In this document: piece by piece, positions 18,405 to 27,348 of the stretch
Numbering within the stretch: position 1 is the first letter of the stretch
Layout of the letters: each line of letters starts with the position of its first letter
Assembly: GCA_963697965.1 (NCBI GenBank)
Contig: OY969108.1
Location: forward strand, 1,055,997 to 1,119,996
DNA from: an uncultured delta proteobacterium
Lineage (GTDB): Bacteria; Desulfobacterota; Desulfobaccia; Desulfobaccales; 0-14-0-80-60-11
Length of the DNA: 64,000 bases
Direction of reading: 5' to 3'
The notes under the pieces: generated by a model
What the model saw: the letters and a program-made list of their open reading frames with translations, nothing else
Databases searched by the model: none
Told to the model about the DNA's origin: nothing
Position numbers and translations under genes: made by a program

Positions 18405-19771
18405 CACTTGGGAAACAGGCTGCGGATGGCCGCGGCCAGGGTTTCCACTCCCAGGAGTTCCAGCCCGGGGTAGTCCCCCAGGCGCTCTTTTTGGCGCAGG
18501 GCCAGGAGGGCGCGGCGGAACCCCAGCTTATGCCCTTCCTTGAGGCGCACTTCCGGGGCGCTCACCGCCCGGATCTCCCCGGTGAGGCCCACTTCTCCGA
18601 AGATCAGGGTGTCCGCGGGCAGCGCCCGCTCCAGAAAGGAGGAGGCCACGGCCAGGGAGATCCCCAGGTCCGCGGCCGGTTCGGTGAGGCGGACCCCGCC
18701 GGCCACGTTGACAAAGAGATCCTGGCCGCTCAGGCCCAGTCCCACCCGCTTTTCCAGGATGGCCACCAGCAGCGACACCCTCCCCGGGTCCACTCCCATG
18801 CTTTGGCGGCGGGGCAGGGCCAGGGAGGAGGGGGACACCAGTGCCTGGACCTCCACCAGGATGGGGCGGGAGCCCTCAAGGCTGGGGACCACCGCGGCGC
18901 CGGGGACCTCCAGGGACCGCTCCGCCATGAAAAGGCCCGAGGGGTTGTCCACCTCCAGGAGGCCGGCCTCCTGCATCTCGAAGACCCCCAGTTCCTGGGT
19001 GGGCCCGAAGCGGTTCTTCACGGTGCGCAGCAGCCGGAAGGAGTGGCTGCGGTCCCCTTCCAGGTAGAGGACCGTGTCCACCAGGTGTTCCAGGGTCATG
19101 GGGCCGGCGATGGCGCCTTCCTTGGTGACATGGCCGATGAGAAAGGTGGCGACCCCGGTGAGTTTGGCCTGTTGCACCAGCCGAAAAGCTGTCTCTCTCA
19201 CCTGGTTCAGGGAGCCGGGGGCCGCGGGAATAGTGGCTGTGTACATGGTCTGGATGGAATCGAGGGCCAGGAAGGCGGGCCGGACCTCTTCCACTATCTT
19301 GAGGATGTTTTCCAGGCAGGTCTCGGTGGCCACCAGCAGCTCGCCGGAGGTGAGGCCCAGGCGATTGGCCCGGAGTTTGAGTTGGGCTTCGGACTCTTCC
19401 CCGGAAATGTAAAGGCCGACCAGTCCTCCCCGGCTGAGCCGGTCCAGAACCTGGAGGATGAGGGTCGATTTGCCGATCCCCGGGTCGCCGCCCAGCAGCA
19501 CCACGGAACCCTGGATCACCGCGCCTCCCAGGGTGCGGTCGAACTCCTGGATGCCGGAGATCCGGCGCACCTCCGGGGCCGCAACCAGGCTAAGCAGGGG
19601 CAGGGGCTGGCCGCGCCGGGGAGGCAGTTGCGCCAGGCCGGGGGCCACGGGGGCTATTTCCTCTTCGGCCATGGAGCTCCAGGCGCCGCACTCGGGGCAG
19701 CGCCCCAGCCATTTGGCCGCCTGGTAGCCGCACTGCTGGCAGACAAACACCGGTCTTCCGGCCCGGGACAT
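18404..19771 (-). CDS. radA: DNA repair protein RadA/Sms
   Basis: It has an N-terminal zinc ribbon CQQCGYQAAKWLGRCPECGAW, Walker A GDPGIGKST, KNRFG, and a Lon-like C-domain. Confidence 0.96.
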   Translation of the reverse strand: MSRAGRPVFVCQQCGYQAAKWLGRCPECGAWSSMAEEEIAPVAPGLAQLPPRRGQPLPLLSLVAAPEVRRISGIQEFDRTLGGAVIQGSVVLLGGDPGIGKSTLILQVLDRLSRGGLVGLYISGEESEAQLKLRANRLGLTSGELLVATETCLENILKIVEEVRPAFLALDSIQTMYTATIPAAPGSLNQVRETAFRLVQQAKLTGVATFLIGHVTKEGAIAGPMTLEHLVDTVLYLEGDRSHSFRLLRTVKNRFGPTQELGVFEMQEAGLLEVDNPSGLFMAERSLEVPGAAVVPSLEGSRPILVEVQALVSPSSLALPRRQSMGVDPGRVSLLVAILEKRVGLGLSGQDLFVNVAGGVRLTEPAADLGISLAVASSFLERALPADTLIFGEVGLTGEIRAVSAPEVRLKEGHKLGFRRALLALRQKERLGDYPGLELLGVETLAAAIRSLFPK

Positions 19772-20035
19772 GGAGGCGAGAATCCTTGGAGAGCTAGATT
19801 GGTGATGCCCAACAAAAAACCTTGGTTGATCTTACTTGAACTGCGGCGCAAAAGACAATGATAAAACTTGGACTCGGCCAAGCTACCCTGTTTCTGTTGG
19901 CTTTTTATATTTGCTTAGCAAGGCGGTATTATAGCCACCAGGCGTCGTTTTTATTTTGGGTGACAGTAAGTTTTGGCTGGGATTTTCCAATTAACTTTAG
20001 CAGACCCACATCGATTCAATAACTTTGCTTACTTA

Positions 20036-20461
20036 TTATTCCAAGTCACCTAATCCATGTTCATCAAGTGCTCTACTAAGATCATCTATATCCTTTGTAG
20101 TGACGTTATATTTAATTTTAATTAACAGTTTTCCTAATTCTTTGATCAACGATTGCAGAGAACCATTAAGATCAAAGCCAGTATCTATAAATTTATGAAT
20201 TCTTTCCCTTAACTTTTTTACTTTTGGTAATATGATTGACGCATCATCCGAAAGAAGTACATTTGCTTCCATTATAATGTTATGTTTATAACGACTTACT
20301 ATATTCTCTGCGATTTTAACCCATTTTACGTCATATTCTCTTTCGATAACTGAATGAAGAAGATTTAGAGCTTCTTCTAAGGTATTAACGTTTCTATCTT
20401 TGTCATAGCTTGATAGCAAGCGCCTTGCGTTGATTAATTCTTCTGGTTCTGAAGCCTTCAT
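20036..20461 (-). CDS. hypothetical protein, ORFan B (141 aa, predicted all-helical)
   Basis: The ORF is clean in AT-rich DNA, where random ORFs are short. It starts 12 nt after the upstream gene stop. No motif was recognised. Confidence 0.75.
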   Translation of the reverse strand: MKASEPEELINARRLLSSYDKDRNVNTLEEALNLLHSVIEREYDVKWVKIAENIVSRYKHNIIMEANVLLSDDASIILPKVKKLRERIHKFIDTGFDLNGSLQSLIKELGKLLIKIKYNVTTKDIDDLSRALDEHGLGDLE

Positions 20462-20473
20462 CTGGACACCCCC

Positions 20474-21196
20474 TTATTTAACCTTGTTTAACATATTCAA
20501 CATTGTCTTTGGAATCTTTGCCTTTGAGATCTTTCTTGGATTAAGGGGCCTCCCTTCTTCGACAACCTTCTCAAGTTTAGGTATGGCATCATCTACAATG
20601 TGACTCGTTGCGTAATATACATATTCTGTTATAGGGTCATCTTTGCCCAGGAGTGCCTTAATATCAGCGCAAATTTCTTCGATCTTTTCACCAAAATCCA
20701 ATAGTTTGTTTAATGCCAGTTGATAATTGGGCATTCTTTTTTGTTCATATTTTTTTATAAAGTGAGCATAATCGATAATAATAGTTTCCATAATTTTATC
20801 CCTTTTAATTTTAAAACTTAATGAAAAGTTATTTAGTATCCTGATGGCTCCAAGGCTTATTACATATGTTTTTCGAGCTTTAAACTTTTCTCGCGAAGTT
20901 ATCAGCTTTTGGAAAATGGTGTGTTGACCCGACCATTCATCCTTGTCCTCGATGAGGTTATCCATCCAATGTTCGATAGCCAAGTCAATGACCTCTTTAA
21001 TTTTGACCTCGCCGTGGTTTGCAAGCCATTCAAGGGATTTGATGGATTCTTCGCTCAGTTTGAAGGTTGTGCGCTCTGATTTTTTATTAGAGAGATCAAA
21101 TTTATAATCCTTTCCTTTATATAGCCCCAAAGGGATTGATAATTCCTTTATGCTTCCTGATGAACTCTTTGGTTTTTCGCGGTTTTCGTTTTTCAC
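20474..21196 (-). CDS. hypothetical protein, ORFan A (240 aa) with two ribbon-helix-helix-like segments
   Basis: GTG 21196 has a GAGG SD 8 nt upstream. The segments RTTFKLSEESIKSLEWLANHGEVKIKEVIDLAIEHWM and RKTYVISLGAIRILNNFSLSFKIKRDKIMETIIIDYA each fit a strand-helix-helix pattern. This is pattern inference, not a database hit. Confidence 0.75.
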   Translation of the reverse strand: MKNENREKPKSSSGSIKELSIPLGLYKGKDYKFDLSNKKSERTTFKLSEESIKSLEWLANHGEVKIKEVIDLAIEHWMDNLIEDKDEWSGQHTIFQKLITSREKFKARKTYVISLGAIRILNNFSLSFKIKRDKIMETIIIDYAHFIKKYEQKRMPNYQLALNKLLDFGEKIEEICADIKALLGKDDPITEYVYYATSHIVDDAIPKLEKVVEEGRPLNPRKISKAKIPKTMLNMLNKVK

Positions 21197-21225
21197 AGAT
21201 TATGCCTCAAATATTTTGGTTACCA

Positions 21226-21256
21226 TAAATAGAATGATTACTAATGATATTGTCAA
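21226..21256 (-). promoter_or_regulatory. candidate promoter of the islet operon (TTGACA-19 nt-TATTTA)
   Basis: On the minus strand TTGACA lies at 21256-21251 and TATTTA at 21231-21226. The spacer is long at 19 nt. Confidence 0.3.
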
Positions 21257-21405
21257 GAATAAAAAAGCATCAAAAATGCAAAATATTCAAAAAACCATAG
21301 CAAATTGATAATAATTATAAAAAAATTTTGGGGGCAAAGCCCGCCCGAGGCAGGCGGTCAGGGTGGAGGGGGATTAACCGCCCCGGGCGGGGCGGTCCAC
21401 CATTT

Positions 21406-21573
21406 TCAAGCTTTGGCCTCCCGGGGGCGCACCCGCAGGTCCAGGCGTTCCGAGCCCTCGCCGGGGCCTGCCTGAGTGCCGGGAGGGACGCTGGCGGCCA
21501 GGTCCTCGCCCGAGATGAGGTTCAAAGTGCGCCGCACCTGCTCTTCCATGAAATACTCCAAAGATCTAGCCAT
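21406..21573 (-). CDS. possible small protein (55 aa), uncertain
   Basis: The ORF was found by hand and is below the track cutoff. It reads MARSLEYFMEEQVRRTLNLISGEDLAASVPPGTQAGPGEGSERLDLRVRPREAKA. It is high-GC and lies immediately right of the islet. No SD is obvious. Confidence 0.25.
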   Translation of the reverse strand: MARSLEYFMEEQVRRTLNLISGEDLAASVPPGTQAGPGEGSERLDLRVRPREAKA

Positions 21574-21818
21574 CGAGCCCAGGCCTGGTGAGTCTCAATG
21601 TTGGTGGCGCTGCCCAGCCCAACCCGACAGTTGACCGCCACCAGGGATCTTATATAAATATAACCTAAATTGGAGCGGCGGCCGGGATTAATGAATTTAT
21701 TATCCTTAAATATATGGTAAAAAAGCAGGATGAGGTAGGCCCGCGAAGCCCCGGCCAGCGGCCGGATTTTTGCACAAAACCGGGTCAATCTCTCATCCAA
21801 AGGGGATTTGGGTTCGGG

Positions 21819-23287
21819 ATGTCCGAGATGACCGTCAATGCCCTGCGCCAAGAGCTGGTGGCGGGAGCCGGCAGGCTGGCAGGACGGCGTTCTTTGCGAG
21901 TGTTGCGGGAGCTGGCGGCGGCCCGGAAGGCCAAGGTTTATTTGGTGGGGGGCTCAACGCGGGAGTTGGCCCTGGGGCGGACCGCTGCGGACCTGGATCT
22001 GGCGGTCTCGAGGCAAACCCTGGACCTGGCCCGGGAACTGGCCGGCGCTCTGGAAGGCACCTTTGTGCTCCTGGACGAAGGGGAGCGCACCGCCCGAGTC
22101 GTCTGGCAGGGAGAGATCCTGGACCTGGCCGAGTTCAGGGCCCCCGGACTGGAAGGGGATCTGAGGGGCCGGGATTTCACCATCAATGCGGTGGCCCTGG
22201 ACCTGGACGCCATCCTGGGTTTGGCTCCTCTCGCGGTCCTCGATCCCCTGGGAGGTCTGGAGGATTTGTCCCGGGGGTTGATCCGGATGGTGGCGGCGCA
22301 GAATCTGGCTGCAGATCCGTTGCGGCTGCTGCGGGCTTACCGGTTTGCCGCCACCCACGGTCTGGAGGCGACGCCGGATACCGAGGCCGCCATTGCCGGG
22401 CTGGCCCGGGAATTCTCCCGGGTAGCCGGCGAGCGGGTCCACCAGGAGTTGTTTCTCCTACTGGGAGCACCCCGGGCCGCCCCCGTTCTGGCCCGGATGG
22501 ATCGAGTTGGCCTCCTCACCCGGATCCTGCCGGAGCTGGAAGAGATGAAAGGGGTGGAGCAGGATGGTTATCACCACCTCGACGTGTTCCAGCACTCCCT
22601 GGCTGCGGTGTTGCATCTGGAGGAGGTGCTGGCGGAGCCGCGGCGGTACTTTGGGGAAATGGCTGCGGCAGTGGCCGCGGCGGGGGCGCCGCCCTGGCCG
22701 GCCCTGGTCAAACTGGCGGCCCTGTTCCACGACATTGGTAAACCGAGGGTTCGGGAGCGGCGCCGGGATCCGGACCGCTATACCTTTTATTTTCATGAGA
22801 AGCTGGGTATAGAGATCTTTGCCGGGGTAGTCCAGAGATTGCGTCTGAGCGCCGCTGAAGCCAAGGTGGTGAACACCCTTATCCGGCTGCATATGCGTCC
22901 TTTTTTGCTGCTGTCCGCCTTTCGGCAGCGGGAGCTGAGTTTCCGAGCCCTGGGACGGATGGTGCGGGCAGCGCGCCCGAGTTGCCAGGCCTCTTCACCC
23001 TGGCCATGGCCGACAGCCTGGCAGGTCAGGGGCCCACGAAACCTGCGGATTCCGAGGCGGTATTGGCCGAACTGGCGGATGAGGCCCTGCGTTTCCTCAA
23101 GGAGAAGCTGGAGCCCCAGGAAACCCTGCCCCGGCTGCTCAGCGGCGGCGACCTGATCCGGGAATTTCACCTGGAACCCGGCCCTCGCTTTCGAGACCTG
23201 TTGACCGCGGTGCAGGAGGCCCAGTGGGAAGGGATGGTGCGCACCCGGGAAGAGGCCCTCGGCCTGGTGCGCCGCTTGCTGGGGTAA
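21819..23287 (+). pseudogene. cca: CCA-adding enzyme / poly(A) polymerase family tRNA nucleotidyltransferase with HD domain, interrupted by a frameshift near 22975
   Basis: It has the PolyA_pol head GGSTRELALGRTAADLDLAV and RDFTINA, and an HD domain (HHLDVFQHS...LFHDIGKP). Frame 0 becomes nonsense after ...RALGRMVRAA, and frame 2 continues PELPGLFTLAMADSLAGQGP...LLSGGDLIREFHLEPGPRF. Confidence 0.85.
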
Positions 23288-23345
23288 GGATGGCCGCCTC
23301 CGGAAAAATTGGGGGGGCGGGCCAGGTTGCCGCGACAAAGATAAG

Positions 23346-23360
23346 TGTATACAATATACA
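23346..23360. promoter_or_regulatory. palindrome TGTATA-CAA-TATACA in the AT-rich leader of the RpiR/MurR gene (possible operator)
   Basis: It has perfect 6-bp arms and lies 66 nt upstream of ATG 23427. Confidence 0.3.
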
Positions 23361-23426
23361 AACTTTCTGGTAATCATTGCATTTACAAATTGATAATGCT
23401 ACTAAGTTTCCAAAGGAGACCTGTCC

Positions 23427-24290
23427 ATGGAAAGGTCCAACCCGGAGGAAAGAGGGGACCTTCAGAGCGGCGCCTTGATCCGCCTGCGCGGGGTTTATCC
23501 TTCCCTGAAAGCGGCCGTGCAGAAAGTGGCGAGCCTGATCCTGAAACAGCCGGAGATGGCCATCTATGCCTCGGTCAATGAAGTGGCGGCGGCCGCCGGG
23601 GTCAGCGAGGCCACCGTCATGCGCTTTTGCCGCACCTTGGGTTTTAAGGGTTTTCAAGATTTCAAGATCGCCATGGCCCGGGAACTGGTGGCGCCGCCTA
23701 CGCGGCTGCCGGAAGATGCGGGTCCCGCCACCCTGGTGCGGTCGATCTTCAAGGCCAACGCCGCCGCCCTGGAGGAAACCCTGGAAGTTTTGGAGATACA
23801 GCAGTTGCTCCAGGCCGGGCAGGTCATAGAAAATTGCCGGAGGCTGATCATTGGCGGCTTGCGAGGCTCGGCGCTGGCGGCGCAATATGCCGCCATTCGC
23901 TTCGCCCCCCTGGGGCTAGACCTATGCTGTTTTACCGAGACCTACCAGATGTCCATGGGCACGGCCCTCTTGGGGAGGGAAGATGTCCTGCTGGCCATCT
24001 CCCACTCGGGCAGCACCCGGGGAATCCTGACCCCGGCCCGGGTGGCTAAAGACAACGGGGCCCGGGTCCTGGCCATCGCCAGCAACCCTTTGTCTCCCTT
24101 GGCCCGGATGGCGGACCTGGTGCTGGTGAACGCGGTCCGGGTTTTGCCAGCAGCCCCGGACTGCCTGGCAGCCCTTCCCAGCCAGATCTCCATCATCGAC
24201 TGCCTGGCCACCTTGCTGCAACAGGGCCGGCTCGAGGAGGCCCGTGCCAATCTGGCCAAGATCGAGGGAGCCCTCTCGGGGGCGGCTTAA
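23427..24290 (+). CDS. MurR/RpiR-family transcriptional regulator (HTH_6 plus SIS domain)
   Basis: The HTH is SVNEVAAAAGVSEATVMRFCRTLGFKGFQDFK. SIS motifs follow (AISHSGSTRG). Confidence 0.88.
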   Translation: MERSNPEERGDLQSGALIRLRGVYPSLKAAVQKVASLILKQPEMAIYASVNEVAAAAGVSEATVMRFCRTLGFKGFQDFKIAMARELVAPPTRLPEDAGPATLVRSIFKANAAALEETLEVLEIQQLLQAGQVIENCRRLIIGGLRGSALAAQYAAIRFAPLGLDLCCFTETYQMSMGTALLGREDVLLAISHSGSTRGILTPARVAKDNGARVLAIASNPLSPLARMADLVLVNAVRVLPAAPDCLAALPSQISIIDCLATLLQQGRLEEARANLAKIEGALSGAA

Positions 24291-24311
24291 TCTTTCCGGA
24301 CAGGACCGGCC

Positions 24312-24956
24312 ATGATGCGCCAAGCTCAGCTAAAGCAGGATATTGTCCGGGTCTGCCAGATGTTGCACCGGAAAAATTACCTGGCGGCCACCGACGGCAA
24401 TGTCAGTGTGCGTCTGGGGGACCAGGTCCTCCTCACCCCCAGCGGGGTGAATAAGGGAATGATGGCGGAGGACCAGGTGATCACCGTGGACCTGGAAGGC
24501 CGATTGCTGGCCGGGACGGGACGGCCCACTTCGGAACTTCGCATGCACCTGCTGGTCTATGAGTTGCGGCCGGAGGCGGGGGCCGTGGTGCACGCCCATC
24601 TACCCTATGCCACTGCCTGTACCCTGGCTGGCATCTCCCTGCTGGAACCCATCTTGCCGGAGGTGGTGATTACCCTAAAGGGGATTCCCACCGCGGCCTA
24701 TGCCACCCCGGGCACCGAAGAAGTCCCAAAGGCCATCCGGGAATTTATCCCGGAATTCGACGCCATCCTCTTATCCAGGCACGGCGCCATGACCGTGGGG
24801 CGCGATGTGATGGACGCTTATAACAAAATGGAAAAGCTGGAGCACACCGCCCGGGTGGTCCTGGCGGCGCGGCTGCAGGGGGTGGTGTCGCCTCTGTCAG
24901 ATTCGGAGGTGGAGAAGCTGCGGCGTCTGAGAGAAAAGTATGAGGCGGGCGGTTGA
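24312..24956 (+). CDS. class II aldolase/adducin-domain protein (fuculose-1-phosphate aldolase-like)
   Basis: TDGNVSVR, PSGVNKG, SELRMHLLVY and VVHAHLPYATA are typical metal-binding class II aldolase motifs. Confidence 0.85.
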   Translation: MMRQAQLKQDIVRVCQMLHRKNYLAATDGNVSVRLGDQVLLTPSGVNKGMMAEDQVITVDLEGRLLAGTGRPTSELRMHLLVYELRPEAGAVVHAHLPYATACTLAGISLLEPILPEVVITLKGIPTAAYATPGTEEVPKAIREFIPEFDAILLSRHGAMTVGRDVMDAYNKMEKLEHTARVVLAARLQGVVSPLSDSEVEKLRRLREKYEAGG

Positions 24957-25026
24957 TTTTTGAGAGGCGTTTAGGGCGCTATTATTACGGCGCCGTCCCT
25001 CCTGGCAGGTTCCCCGGAGACCCCGG

Positions 25027-25833
25027 ATGAAACTCACAGTATCCCTGGCCCAGATTGAGGTGGCAAATTCGCAGCCGGAGATGAACCTCAGCAAAGGCGA
25101 GCGTTTGGTTGCCGAGGCGGCCCGCCGGGGAAGCGATGTGGTCTGTTTCCCGGAGATGTGGACCACGGGCTTTAACTGGGCCAACAACGAACGCCTGGCG
25201 GCCGATCACGAAAAGATCATAGATCGCATCGCCGGCATGGCCAAGGATCACGGTATCTGGATCAACGGCTCCATGGCCGCCCTCGACGAAGATGGGAAAA
25301 TCTCCAATACCTCCATCCTATTCAGCCCCAAGGGAGAGAGAACCGCAACCTACCGCAAAACGCACCTCTTCAGCCTGATTGGCGAAGAGAAGCATATGGC
25401 GGCCGGGAAAACCCTGGGCCTGGCCGAGACCCCCTGGGGTCCGACCGGTCTGGCGGTTTGCTACGACCTTCGCTTCCCGGAGCTTTTCCGGACTTATGCC
25501 CTCAAGGGCGTCAGGATAGTCTTCTCTCCCATGGCCTTTCCTTACCCGAGGCTGGAGCATTGGAAAATTTTGGTGCGGGCTCGAGCCATCGAGAACCAGA
25601 TGTTTGTAGTTGGAACCAACCAGGTGGGCAGGGAAGACTTCGGTCCCGGTAATCTGGTGACCTACTGCGGCGATTCGGTAATCATCGACCCCTGGGGGAG
25701 GACCGTGGTGGAGGCCAGCGAAACGGATGAAGCGCTCCTCACCGCCGCCATCGATCTCGACCTGGTTGAGGAGATCAGAGGCAAGATGAAGGTGTTGGCT
25801 GATCGTCGGCCCGACCTTTACGAGCTTGGCTAA
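25027..25833 (+). CDS. carbon-nitrogen hydrolase (nitrilase superfamily amidase)
   Basis: The E-K-C triad context is present: FPEMW, YRKTHLF and AVCYDLRFPELF. Confidence 0.88.
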   Translation: MKLTVSLAQIEVANSQPEMNLSKGERLVAEAARRGSDVVCFPEMWTTGFNWANNERLAADHEKIIDRIAGMAKDHGIWINGSMAALDEDGKISNTSILFSPKGERTATYRKTHLFSLIGEEKHMAAGKTLGLAETPWGPTGLAVCYDLRFPELFRTYALKGVRIVFSPMAFPYPRLEHWKILVRARAIENQMFVVGTNQVGREDFGPGNLVTYCGDSVIIDPWGRTVVEASETDEALLTAAIDLDLVEEIRGKMKVLADRRPDLYELG

Positions 25834-25875
25834 GCAATTCCGGCAGCCCCTCATATCCCATTGACCAGCGTGGCC

Positions 25876-27147
25876 TCAATAGTCGCTGCTGACGGCTGAC
25901 TGCTCGCGGCTCGCCGCCTCGATCCGCCGCACCGTGGGAAGCACCCAGGGGAGCAGGGCGAAGGCGGGCCAGGCGGCCAGGAAGCTCAGGAAGAAGAAGG
26001 TGGCGTAGCCCAAAGAGGCCGCCAGCCAGCCCCCCAGGTAGCCGCAGAGGCGGCCGCTGAGGCCGAAGAGCATGGACAGGAAGGCGTAGTGGGAGGCGCT
26101 GAAGCGTTTATCGCAGAGGCACATCAGGAAGGCCATGAAGGCCGCGGAGCCCATCTGGCCCGCCAGGTTATCCCCCAGGGTGGCCAGATAGATGGTGTAA
26201 TGCCAGGACCCCGGTAGCGCCGCCAGCCAGTATCCTAAAATCGAAAGCGCCTGAAAAATACCCAGGACCCAGAGGGCGCGGCTGATGCCCCAGCGGGTCG
26301 TGAGCACCCCCCCCAGAAAACCGCCCAGGATGGCGGGCACTTTGCCCAGGGTGATGGAAGCCACCCCGAACTGGGTGCCGCTGAACCCCAGGTCCCGCCA
26401 GAAGGCGCTCACCATGGCCCCCAACATGGCGTCGCCGGCCTTATAGGCCAGGATAAAGACGATGATCACCCCCATATTGGCATGGCGCATCAGCCCCCTG
26501 AAAGACTCCTTGATCTGGCTGGGGGGCCTCGATCCCAAGGCGGCCCGGGGCCGCTCCAGCCGGGGCAGATGGAAGGGGCGGCAGGCCAGGACGGTGACCG
26601 CCAGGGCCACCATGATCAGGCCCACCCCCACGAAGGCGGGGCTCCAGCCCACCAGGTCGCTGAGAATCAGGACCCCGCCCCCGGCGGCGATGAGGCCCAC
26701 CCGGTAGGCGCCGATGCGGATGCCGTTGGCCAGCCCCAGCTCCCGGGTGTCCAGAAGGTCGATGGTGTAGGCGTCCACCGCCAGGTCCTGGGTAGCCGAG
26801 GCCAGGCAGAGGAGCCCCACCAGGACCCAGAAGGCTGGGCCCACCGGCGCCGCGGCCAGCCAGGCCAGCCCCAGCAGGCTGAGGATCACCCCCACTTGGG
26901 CCGGCACCAGCCAAGCGGCCCGGGAGCCGAAGCGGTCCGCCAGGGGGCTCCACAGGACCTTGAGGCTCCAGGCCAGACCCACGAGGCTCAGGATGCCGAT
27001 CTGCTCCAGGGGCACCCCCCGGCTGCGGAGGTAGTAGGACAGGGTCGTGTAGACGAAGCCGAAGGGCACTCCTTCGGCGAAATAGAGCACGAAGACCACC
27101 AGCATCTTCAGGCGGCCGGAGAGTTGGGGGTGGGATTCCTGAGGCAT
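25876..27147 (-). CDS. ampG: MFS transporter, AmpG-like muropeptide permease family
   Basis: It is a multi-pass hydrophobic protein. FAEGVPFGFVYTTLSYYLRSRGVPLEQIGILSLVGLAWSLKVLWSPLADRFG matches the AmpG N-terminal signature. Confidence 0.75.
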   Translation of the reverse strand: MPQESHPQLSGRLKMLVVFVLYFAEGVPFGFVYTTLSYYLRSRGVPLEQIGILSLVGLAWSLKVLWSPLADRFGSRAAWLVPAQVGVILSLLGLAWLAAAPVGPAFWVLVGLLCLASATQDLAVDAYTIDLLDTRELGLANGIRIGAYRVGLIAAGGGVLILSDLVGWSPAFVGVGLIMVALAVTVLACRPFHLPRLERPRAALGSRPPSQIKESFRGLMRHANMGVIIVFILAYKAGDAMLGAMVSAFWRDLGFSGTQFGVASITLGKVPAILGGFLGGVLTTRWGISRALWVLGIFQALSILGYWLAALPGSWHYTIYLATLGDNLAGQMGSAAFMAFLMCLCDKRFSASHYAFLSMLFGLSGRLCGYLGGWLAASLGYATFFFLSFLAAWPAFALLPWVLPTVRRIEAASREQSAVSSDY

Positions 27148-27348
27148 CTCGGAATTAACTTAGAAGCTGGCAGGAAGAAAGTCGAGCCTTTTTTCAGGCC
27201 TGGTTAACAGGATAGAAGGACAGGGCGCCCACATTACAGGCAGGAAACCTGTGCCGTTGCCGCCCGGCGGGGATTGGGGGCGGGGGCAGGCGGGCCGGAG
27301 GCGCCAGCGCTCGCTGCCCAGGCCACCCCCACCTTCCTCCCCCAACAC

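Larger units (their letters stand above)
19880..21330. other. AT-rich genomic islet (probable horizontally acquired insert) carrying a two-gene ORFan operon
   Basis: Composition drops abruptly, by eye to roughly one-third G+C against about 60-65% in both flanks. Codon usage is K/I/N/E-rich. The right edge is sharp at about 21328 (…aaaaattttggggg/caaagcccgcc). Confidence 0.8.

Noticed and set aside
19813-21296. 9-bp direct repeat CAAAAAACC as attachment-site duplication of the AT-rich islet
   Set aside because: It is kept only as a weak hint. The repeat is short and low-complexity, and the left copy lies about 60 nt outside the compositional boundary, so chance occurrence in A-rich DNA is likely.
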